50,708 nt of DNA, taken from the IMG/VR virus record IMGVR_UViG_3300017978_000035, positions 1 through 50,708 of that record; one strand, written 5' to 3'. The notes below the pieces were generated by a model. That model made no database searches. It worked only from the letters and a program-made list of their open reading frames with translations, and was not told where the DNA came from. Shown piece by piece: positions 1-6,506 of the stretch; within the stretch, counting starts at the first letter, position 1, and each line of letters starts with the position of its first letter. The DNA is from a virus. Taxonomy: Duplodnaviria > Caudoviricetes. A program made the translations under genes and the position numbers.

Positions 1-135
1 AGACGGCAACACGGTAGGCGATGACCGTAAATCAAGCAAACTAAGTAAATGCAAATGACGAAAGTTTCCGCATTGCTGCCTAATCGCAGCTAGGGTTTCG
101 GTAGGTTTCCTCGTAACAGAATAACCTACCATTTT
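1..135 (+). ncRNA. ssrA: tmRNA, 3' portion of the coding piece (5' end outside the window); tag ORF 51-83 = ANDESFRIAA*
   Basis: Resume context GTAAAT-GCA-AAT-GAC-GAA; AND...AA tag; GCTGC/GCAGC hairpin enclosing the stop codon; PK1-like ACGGT/ACCGT stem upstream; final GGTAGGTT/AACCTACC stem followed by a T-run. Confidence 0.88.
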
Positions 136-155
136 TATTTTACATTGAGGATATT

Positions 156-419
156 ATGGAAATTCAACCACTACACAAGAAGGTTTACATCGCAGAACAT
201 AAAGTCGAGCGTAAGACTGAATCAGGCATCATCTTAGAAGGTGCTACATCTGTTCGCGAAACAAGATTTGCCAGCGTACTAGCAGTTGGTTCTGAAGTTA
301 CAAAGGTTGCTGTCGGCGACAAAATCATTTTGGATTGGGGTAAGTGCGCACCAGTTAAGATTGGTGATGTTGAGCGTGCAATGATTGACGAAGAACACAT
401 CATGGCTATTGCTCGATGA
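156..419 (+). CDS. groES: GroES/Cpn10-like co-chaperonin
   Basis: IQPLHKKV, mobile loop KTESGIIL, VLAVG..V.VGDKI, terminal E.HIMA; GAGG RBS. Confidence 0.9.
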   Translation: MEIQPLHKKVYIAEHKVERKTESGIILEGATSVRETRFASVLAVGSEVTKVAVGDKIILDWGKCAPVKIGDVERAMIDEEHIMAIAR

Positions 420-931
420 AAACTGCTCTCATCTGTAATGGTCCAAGTCAAGACCAGTACGTTGATTTAGATTATGATTATGTGATGGGTTGTAATATCA
501 CTGAGCACCCAGTAGATGCCACTGTCATCATTGACAGAAATGTCATTCTTTACTGGGCAGCTATGCGTGAATCAATAACCACTCCATGTCTGTTCAGCGT
601 AGAGGCATGGAGATTTGCAGATGAGATCAAGTTTAGGAAATACATTTTAGAGCACGGTAAGTTTCTCGGTTTGTTACCGAAACCTCCAGAGTTCTATAAT
701 GCTGGTCATCAAGCTGCAGAAACGCTGATTAGAAACGGTGCCACTAGCATCGACATCTATGGGTGTGATTCGTATTTCGAAGATACTGTTGAAAGTTCTA
801 CGAATAAGTATGTTAATGACCACAATGCTTCTTCTGAGAAGCAACGTATCAAGCATTGGAGAATCAACTGGGAAAGAATCCTATTGACTCACTCTGATGT
901 GACAATTAACTTTATAAGGAAACCTGAATGA
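416..931 (+). CDS. Hypothetical protein, Maf/DUF115/sialyltransferase-like Rossmann domain
   Basis: N-terminal ALICNGPS and downstream IDIYGCD motifs typical of the GNGPS...GxD family. Confidence 0.5.
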   Translation: MKTALICNGPSQDQYVDLDYDYVMGCNITEHPVDATVIIDRNVILYWAAMRESITTPCLFSVEAWRFADEIKFRKYILEHGKFLGLLPKPPEFYNAGHQAAETLIRNGATSIDIYGCDSYFEDTVESSTNKYVNDHNASSEKQRIKHWRINWERILLTHSDVTINFIRKPE

Positions 932-1143
932 AACACCTATTAGTTCTATTAGCACTTTCTTTCTCATCAGTCGCTTTTGCTGATGCATCTAAAGCTGTCC
1001 AAAACGACAAGCCAGCGATTGAACAGAAGAAAGCACCTGCCAAGAAGAATTGTGACATGTTGAAGGATAAGAATTGCGATAAAGCACCTCCATCCGCAAA
1101 CAAGCCAATTCCGAAAAAGAAAAAAGCAGAAGAAGCTAAATAA
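928..1143 (+). CDS. Small secreted/periplasmic Lys-rich protein
   Basis: Signal peptide MKHLLVLLALSFSSVAFA with AxA site; two Cys; ATGA overlap with upstream gene. Confidence 0.7.
   Translation: MKHLLVLLALSFSSVAFADASKAVQNDKPAIEQKKAPAKKNCDMLKDKNCDKAPPSANKPIPKKKKAEEAK
1136..1142 (+). promoter_or_regulatory. T4-like late promoter box (CTAAATA)
   Basis: Matches the (C/A)TAAATA box recurring at gene boundaries throughout the window. Confidence 0.55.
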
Positions 1144-1163
1144 TTCTATTCTCAGGGATGGGA

Positions 1164-1195
1164 AGCGACTTGGGTATCGTCGTTAAAAGTACCCA
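1164..1195 (+). promoter_or_regulatory. Compact H-type RNA pseudoknot in 5' leader
   Basis: S1 AGCGAC(1164-69)/GTCGTT(1179-84); S2 TGGGTAT(1171-77)/GTACCCA(1189-95); 1-nt L1, AAAA L3. Confidence 0.6.
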
Positions 1196-1224
1196 CTACA
1201 CTCACACAACACAAGGAGAAATCT

Positions 1225-1497
1225 ATGTCTAACATGACACCGTTCGAAATTCGCCTCGAACTTTTAAAAATGGCGAAAGATATGCTTGTTGAAGAATACT
1301 ACGGTAAGAAAGAACAAGTGTCTCAAGATTGGCACGTTAAGGTGGAAAATGCCCGACACAATGGCTCTGCTCCGCCTGAGCACCCAGCACTGCCAAGCTA
1401 TCCGACTGAAGCTGATGTTGTCGCAAAGGCAACACAACTAAACGGCTTCGTCTCACAACTCCCACAAGATACAAAGACTAGCAAAAAGTCCACCTGA
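1225..1497 (+). CDS. Conserved phage hypothetical protein (TPFEIRLELLKMAKD type)
   Basis: Strong AAGGAG RBS; N-terminal helix motif familiar from T4-like environmental phages. Confidence 0.8.
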   Translation: MSNMTPFEIRLELLKMAKDMLVEEYYGKKEQVSQDWHVKVENARHNGSAPPEHPALPSYPTEADVVAKATQLNGFVSQLPQDTKTSKKST

Positions 1498-1506
1498 TAC
1501 GGGATC

Positions 1507-1533
1507 GGGTGCAGGATCACTGCACCCTTAACT
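1507..1533 (+). terminator. Stem-loop, possible weak terminator or processing site
   Basis: GGGTGCAG-gatca-CTGCACCC 8-bp stem, poor U-tract. Confidence 0.45.
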
Positions 1534-1549
1534 AATTAAGGAGATAATT

Positions 1550-2062
1550 ATGCACTTACGTGTAACTATTATTCTAACCATTTTGGCTACAAGCCTATTG
1601 GTGCTCGCGTCATCTGCAATTCCTCGTGAGAAGGTTATCCAGATAACATACAACTCTCTAACCCAAGAGTCTCAAAGACAAGTTGATTGTTTGGCAGACA
1701 ATATCTACTATGAAGCTGGTCACGAACCGCATGATGGTAAGGTTGCTGTTGCTCTTGTGACGTTGAATCGTTTGCAAGATCCGCGCTACCCAAAAGATAT
1801 TTGCTCTGTAGTCAAACAAAAGGTAAGATCTACTTGTCAGTTTACATGGTTCTGTGAAAAGAAGAAAACTGCCAAGGAAGAAGTTTACTCGCAGGCAAGG
1901 CAAGTAGCGTTACACGTTTACGCCAACTACGAGAAACTGAAAGATATCACTGATGGTGCATTGTTCTACCACGCTGATTACGTAAACCCTCGCTGGAAGG
2001 GTCTTGAACAGACTACTAAAATTGGTAGACACATTTTTTATAAAGAAAGAGATCGCATATGA
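1550..2062 (+). CDS. Cell wall hydrolase, SleB/Hydrolase_2 family
   Basis: CLADNIYYEA.HEP..GKVAVALVTLNR, CQFTW, GALFYHADYVNPRW, KIGRHIFY; N-terminal signal/TM. Confidence 0.92.
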   Translation: MHLRVTIILTILATSLLVLASSAIPREKVIQITYNSLTQESQRQVDCLADNIYYEAGHEPHDGKVAVALVTLNRLQDPRYPKDICSVVKQKVRSTCQFTWFCEKKKTAKEEVYSQARQVALHVYANYEKLKDITDGALFYHADYVNPRWKGLEQTTKIGRHIFYKERDRI

Positions 2063-2616
2063 TGCACAAGATGAATTTACAATTGAAAGAGGACGCTTCA
2101 CGCCACTCGTTCTTTCTGATGATGGAAGAAATTTCTCTGTCAAGCTGTAAGCAAGCAGTTGAGTGGATCTTTGAAGCTAACTTCGCTGAAGAACGACCAG
2201 AGATGTTGAACCTGTTGATCACAAGTCCAGGTGGTGATTTGAATGCTGCGTTCGCATTGATTGATGTTATGCGTGGTTCTGCTATCCCAGTGCGAACAAT
2301 CGGTCTTGGACAGATTGCTTCTGCTGGCTTGATGATTTTCATTGCTGGTGATAAAGGTTTACGCCTGTTGACACCAAACACATCAATTTTGTCACACCAA
2401 TACTCATGGGGTGCTATTGGTAAAGAACACGAACTGTTCGCTACCGTGAAAGAGTTTGACCTAACGACAAAGAAGATGATTGCTCACTACAAAAAATGTA
2501 CTGGCTTGACTGAAGCGAAGATTCGTGAGGTTTTACTACCACCACAAGACGTCTGGTTGAGTCCAGCAGAAGCCAAGAAACTTGGTTTGTGTGATGACGT
2601 CAAAGATCTAGCTTAA
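2059..2616 (+). CDS. clpP: ClpP-like protease
   Basis: ITSPGG, catalytic Ser in IASAG, His in SHQ, Asp in QDVWLSPAEA..LGL.D. Confidence 0.92.
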   Translation: MMHKMNLQLKEDASRHSFFLMMEEISLSSCKQAVEWIFEANFAEERPEMLNLLITSPGGDLNAAFALIDVMRGSAIPVRTIGLGQIASAGLMIFIAGDKGLRLLTPNTSILSHQYSWGAIGKEHELFATVKEFDLTTKKMIAHYKKCTGLTEAKIREVLLPPQDVWLSPAEAKKLGLCDDVKDLA

Positions 2617-2626
2617 GGAAACTAAA

Positions 2627-2848
2627 ATGGAAAAGATGTTCGCTTTTTGTGTTACGCTGTGTTTGTCTGTGCTCATGGGCTCAATCACTTTTTACAAATA
2701 CAACGAAATGAAGTCTATCGAGAAGAATATTGACGCTGCTATTGCGAAGGGAATTGACCCTCTAGCCGTAAAATGCGCCTATAGCGATGGGACGACTAAC
2801 CTGTGTCTAACCTACAGTATGCAACAGTCTCTACCCTCTAAAAAGTAA
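2627..2848 (+). CDS. Hypothetical membrane-anchored protein
   Basis: AAGGA RBS, N-terminal hydrophobic helix, KGIDPLAVKCAY motif. Confidence 0.7.
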   Translation: MEKMFAFCVTLCLSVLMGSITFYKYNEMKSIEKNIDAAIAKGIDPLAVKCAYSDGTTNLCLTYSMQQSLPSKK

Positions 2849-2872
2849 AACTTTCGGTTTACTTTGTGAAAT

Positions 2873-2896
2873 AACCCCACTTTTTGTGGGGTTTTT
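2873..2896 (+). terminator. Rho-independent terminator
   Basis: AACCCCAC-ttttt-GTGGGGTT followed by T-run. Confidence 0.8.
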
Positions 2897-2907
2897 CAAT
2901 TTAGTTG

Positions 2908-2936
2908 TTGCCTTTAATCGCAAAATGAGCAATAAT
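2908..2936 (+). promoter_or_regulatory. Sigma70-type early promoter
   Basis: TTGCCT-17 nt-AATAAT immediately after the terminator. Confidence 0.55.
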
Positions 2937-2964
2937 TACTCTATCGTTGAATGAAAGAGGAATT

Positions 2965-3663
2965 ATGAAGATTTTGAGCACTGGCAACCCCAAGCTGATG
3001 AAGGGCGAAAAGCAAGGTTATCTGTCATTCGTTCTCCACCTTGCTCCAGCTGATCTGTCTGGTAAAGAAGTCTGCCCAAAACGTACTGCTGGCTGCACAG
3101 CTGCTTGCCTTAACACTGCTGGTCGTGGTGGTATGTACAAAACTGGTGAAACCACCAATGCAATTCAACAAGCACGTATCCGCAAGACGAAAATGTTCTT
3201 CGAACAACGCGATGCATTCATGGCTGACTTGGTTAAGGATATCAAACTGGGAATCAAGCAAGCTGAGAAGAAAGACATGATTCCAGCGTTTCGTTTGAAC
3301 GGCACTTCTGACCTATCATGGGAAAAGTACGAAGTTGCTGATGGTAAGAACATCTTTCAATTGTTCCCTGACGTTCAATTCTACGACTACACTAAGGTTC
3401 TCGGACGCAAGACTGGCGACATCAAGAACTATCACCTAACCTTCTCCAATGCCGATGGCAACTTGAACGATGTGCTGGCTGCTCAGCAAGCTGGTTTGAA
3501 CATTGCAGTTGTCTTCAAGAAAGAGTTGCCTGCAAAACACTTGGGTTGGAAAGTCATCAACGGTGACGACACAGACCTTCGCTTCTTAGACGAGAAGAAT
3601 GTTATCGTTGGCTTGAAGGCTAAGGGTAAAGCTAAGAAAGACACCACTGGTTTCGTGGTTTGA
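2965..3663 (+). CDS. Phage GP88-like protein (Cys-cluster, radical-SAM-like fold)
   Basis: VCPKRTAGCTAACL, RLNGTSD, FYDYTK, NYHLTFS, GD.TDLRFLD motifs; ATG 2965 preceded by GAGG (preferred over TTG 2947). Confidence 0.75.
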   Translation: MKILSTGNPKLMKGEKQGYLSFVLHLAPADLSGKEVCPKRTAGCTAACLNTAGRGGMYKTGETTNAIQQARIRKTKMFFEQRDAFMADLVKDIKLGIKQAEKKDMIPAFRLNGTSDLSWEKYEVADGKNIFQLFPDVQFYDYTKVLGRKTGDIKNYHLTFSNADGNLNDVLAAQQAGLNIAVVFKKELPAKHLGWKVINGDDTDLRFLDEKNVIVGLKAKGKAKKDTTGFVV

Positions 3664-3688
3664 CTTGCAACGCTGAATAAGGTATAAT
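3660..3688 (+). promoter_or_regulatory. Sigma70-type early promoter
   Basis: TTGACT-17 nt-TATAAT. Confidence 0.8.
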
Positions 3689-3694
3689 AGAACC

Positions 3695-4030
3695 ATGCAG
3701 ATGTTACACACTTCACTCGGTAAAGCTAAGAAACGTAAACCAACAGCGAAGCAACGCGAGTTGGATGCATCATGGGAAAAGATGATGAAGAAATACGAAC
3801 CGAAGAAGCCACTGAAAGCTGTGAAGCCAATCAGTGCGCCTAAACCCTTCATCCGTGAAACACAAAAGATTGCTAGTCTACCATTCACTGGTGGTCCATG
3901 CGCTAAGAAAGAATCACCACGTTACACTGGCGATAAGATCAAAGGCATTGGCACTATGCACAAGTCTAATTCTGTACCAGTATTCTCTGACGAGGAAGCT
4001 GTTGCAATTGCAACCATGCGGAGAAACTAA
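3695..4030 (+). CDS. Conserved basic phage hypothetical protein
   Basis: Lys-rich; C-terminal YTG..IKGIGTMHKSN.VPVF motif seen in T4-like phages. Confidence 0.75.
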   Translation: MQMLHTSLGKAKKRKPTAKQRELDASWEKMMKKYEPKKPLKAVKPISAPKPFIRETQKIASLPFTGGPCAKKESPRYTGDKIKGIGTMHKSNSVPVFSDEEAVAIATMRRN

Positions 4031-4218
4031 TGAACAAGAAACTACTTAAAATAAGGTTGCGTCCCGATGGTGAATGGGAGCACGTTTATAGCGATGGCTC
4101 TGTTGACCAAGAGTACGCTATGCTTGTTGACCTAAAAGAACGAATCATCGAGAAGGCTCTGGAATTTTCTGACTACGAAGAATCCAAAATCGTCTTGCAA
4201 AAGTTCTTGAGTAAATAA
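4030..4218 (+). CDS. Hypothetical protein
   Basis: TAATG coupling to upstream gene. Confidence 0.6.
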   Translation: MNKKLLKIRLRPDGEWEHVYSDGSVDQEYAMLVDLKERIIEKALEFSDYEESKIVLQKFLSK

Positions 4219-4219
4219 T

Positions 4220-4248
4220 TTGTTTTCCAACCATCCCTAAGGTATAAT
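4220..4248 (+). promoter_or_regulatory. Possible sigma70-type promoter
   Basis: TTGTTT-17 nt-TATAAT; shares AAGGTATAAT with the 3660 promoter. Confidence 0.45.
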
Positions 4249-4467
4249 ATGACTACATTGATCGAACAACGCAACCAACTCTTGGCTGAACGTATGAAGC
4301 TAGATAAATTCTTCACTATGTTCTTGGATAAGTTTGAACGTAAGATGGATCCAGAGAACCCTAACACCCCTATCTGGCAACTTTATAAAAAGAAACACAG
4401 CGAGTACGGCAAACTATGCCAAGACCTTCGCAATATTGACTATTGGATATCCAAAAAGAATGTTTAA
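4249..4467 (+). CDS. Hypothetical protein (start uncertain)
   Basis: Fills the gap and overlaps the gp33 start; the first ATG abuts a TATAAT box so a later Met may be used. Confidence 0.6.
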   Translation: MTTLIEQRNQLLAERMKLDKFFTMFLDKFERKMDPENPNTPIWQLYKKKHSEYGKLCQDLRNIDYWISKKNV

Positions 4468-4675
4468 GACCGCAAACGAGTTTTCCCTTCACATCGAGAG
4501 CATTGTCCGTGCTAAACGTGTCAATTACATGGACGCTGTTCTCGAATACTGTAAAGAAAATTTCTTAGAACCCGAAGACGTTTCATCACTGATTAATAAG
4601 TCTCTCAAAGACAAGATTGAGATGGATTTTCGGGAGTTAAACTACTTACCAAAACAAGCACAACTAGACGTGTAG
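4460..4675 (+). CDS. gp33: Late transcription coactivator gp33
   Basis: F..ANEFSLHIE.IV....NYMDAVL.YC..N..EPE....LI...LK.KIE; position before gp59/gp32; start corrected from 4334 to ATG 4460. Confidence 0.88.
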   Translation: MFKTANEFSLHIESIVRAKRVNYMDAVLEYCKENFLEPEDVSSLINKSLKDKIEMDFRELNYLPKQAQLDV

Positions 4676-4684
4676 GATTTCACC

Positions 4685-5293
4685 GTGGATGGATTTAAAG
4701 CATATCGTTATTACCTAGCCATCAAGTTACACTTCACCACTGATAAGTTTAATGTCTTCGAGAACCGAGGAAATGTTCGTGGCACTCGCGAATCGTTCAA
4801 CGCACGTAACGACAGGTACATTTTTGAGAAACTGGCAAACAAGTACGACAACGATCGCGACATTATCCAGTTCTTTGTCTCCAACTTTGCATATGGCGCT
4901 GGTGCAGCCATCTATGCTGGTAAAGAATCAGAAGATAACCACTTCGAGTGGCAGAGACGCAAACAAAGTATCTCCAAGGTGTTCATTGATGACTTAGCTT
5001 CACTAATCACTCACGTAGAGATGAATAAATTACCCTACAACAGCATTTTTGAGTTCAACAATGGAGAGTATCCTGTTTTACTCAGCATGTTTGTTGGTGG
5101 AAAGGTCTCTATCGAGACTTTACGAATCATTGATGACATGCATCCAATTATCGACAACTGGAAAGACATGCCAACAGTGAAATATATCTGGGAAGATGAG
5201 TTAAGGCGTGTTACAAAGTTGACTGGCTTCGTGAAATACGATAAAATCAAACTTAGTAAAATCTTCGAGTCGTTTAAGGAAGAACTTGCGTAA
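4685..5293 (+). CDS. gp59: Helicase loader gp59
   Basis: Y..YLAIKLHF....F, F..RND.YIFEKL, FVSN, VSIET motifs; GTG start; synteny. Confidence 0.88.
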   Translation: MDGFKAYRYYLAIKLHFTTDKFNVFENRGNVRGTRESFNARNDRYIFEKLANKYDNDRDIIQFFVSNFAYGAGAAIYAGKESEDNHFEWQRRKQSISKVFIDDLASLITHVEMNKLPYNSIFEFNNGEYPVLLSMFVGGKVSIETLRIIDDMHPIIDNWKDMPTVKYIWEDELRRVTKLTGFVKYDKIKLSKIFESFKEELA

Positions 5294-5298
5294 TTATC

Positions 5299-5520
5299 AT
5301 GGGTAAGACGTACAATAACCAAAAATCTAGTCGTTATGAAGACGATACTCCCTCTGGTCGTTCGGGGAAGCATAGAAAACATGCCAGTGGCAAAAAAACT
5401 GGTGGTATGAGAACGCTAAATAGCTATGTTGAAGAAGATTATGATTTCGAAGACGACACGTTCGACGACGAAGTTGAATTAAATGATGAGATTTCTATAC
5501 AACATACTAATACAAAGTAA
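5299..5520 (+). CDS. Hypothetical protein, basic N-half and acidic C-half
   Basis: Fills the gp59-gp32 gap; bipolar charge distribution. Confidence 0.65.
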   Translation: MGKTYNNQKSSRYEDDTPSGRSGKHRKHASGKKTGGMRTLNSYVEEDYDFEDDTFDDEVELNDEISIQHTNTK

Positions 5521-5544
5521 ATACTAATACAAAGGAAAATACAA
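5497..5544 (+). repeat. A-rich direct repeats in the gp32 leader (ATACTAATACAAAG x2; ATACAA x4)
   Basis: 14-mers at 5504-5517 and 5521-5534 directly over the RBS. Confidence 0.7.
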
Positions 5545-6465
5545 ATGGATATTCAAAAGCTACGCGCTATGCGCAACTCTGATTTCGGTGCAATTGCTAA
5601 TGCATTCGAGAAAGTCGCGAATCCTCAAACTGAAACCAAGTCATACAACGATGACCGCTTCTGGCGTCTCGAAGGTGATAAAGCTGGCAATGGTACTGCC
5701 ACTTTGCGTTTCCTCCCACGTGTAGAAGGCGATGAACTCCCATGGGTTCGTATCTTCTCTCACGGTTTCCAAGGTCCAACTGGTAAATGGTACATCGAGA
5801 ATTCTCTAACCACTCTTGGTGAGAATGACCCTGTCGGTGAACTGAACACTCAGCTATGGAACTCTGGTTCTGAAGCCAACAAAGAAATTGCACGTAAACA
5901 AAAGCGTAAGCTGAGTTTCACTGCTAACGTCTTGGTTGTGTCTGATCCAAAGCACCCAGAGAACGAAGGCAAGGTATTCTTGTTCAAGTTCGGTAAGAAA
6001 ATCTTCGATAAGATTATGGACAAAGCACGTCCTACATTCGAGGACGAGAAGCCAGTGAACGTGTTTGATTTGTGGGAAGGTGCTAACTTCAAGCTGCGTA
6101 TGCGCAAGAAGGATGGCTACGCGAACTACGACGAGTCTGCATTCATGGAGCCAGCTCCAGTATCTGACGATGAAGATCGTCTGTTGGCGATTGTTAACTC
6201 TCAGCACAAGTTGTCTGAGTTTACTGATCGTAAGAACTTCAAGTCTTATGACGAGTTGAAGAAGAAGTTGTCTGAAGTCTTGTCTGGTGATTCATTCGCT
6301 GGTAAGTCTGCAGCACAAATGGCTGAGCAAGAAGATCGTCCAAGTGCACCAGCACCTGAACCAAAGTCTGCTCCAGCATTCACACCAAAGGCATCTGCTG
6401 CTCCAGCAATGGATGACGATGATGATGTGATGTCTTACTTTGAGAAGATCGCTAAAGAGGAATAA
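5545..6465 (+). CDS. gp32: Single-stranded DNA-binding protein gp32
   Basis: DDRFW.L..DKAGNG.A.LRFLP, HGFQGP.GKWYIENSLTT, FKFGKKIFDKI, acidic C-tail. Confidence 0.97.
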   Translation: MDIQKLRAMRNSDFGAIANAFEKVANPQTETKSYNDDRFWRLEGDKAGNGTATLRFLPRVEGDELPWVRIFSHGFQGPTGKWYIENSLTTLGENDPVGELNTQLWNSGSEANKEIARKQKRKLSFTANVLVVSDPKHPENEGKVFLFKFGKKIFDKIMDKARPTFEDEKPVNVFDLWEGANFKLRMRKKDGYANYDESAFMEPAPVSDDEDRLLAIVNSQHKLSEFTDRKNFKSYDELKKKLSEVLSGDSFAGKSAAQMAEQEDRPSAPAPEPKSAPAFTPKASAAPAMDDDDDVMSYFEKIAKEE

Positions 6466-6478
6466 ACCTCTAGAAACT

Positions 6479-6506
6479 AAAAAGCCCTCTTGCGAGGGCT
6501 TTTTTT
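6479..6506. terminator. Bidirectional rho-independent terminator
   Basis: AAAAA-GCCCTC-ttgc-GAGGGC-TTTTTTT between convergent genes. Confidence 0.9.

Noticed and set aside
122-131. ...CCTACCA as a tmRNA/tRNA 3' CCA end
   Set aside because: No T-arm at the right distance and no UCC acceptor strand for Ala identity; the bases are the 3' arm of the terminal stem
4334-4459. N-terminal extension of gp33 in the ORF track
   Set aside because: Overlaps 4249-4467; gp33 similarity begins at ATG 4460
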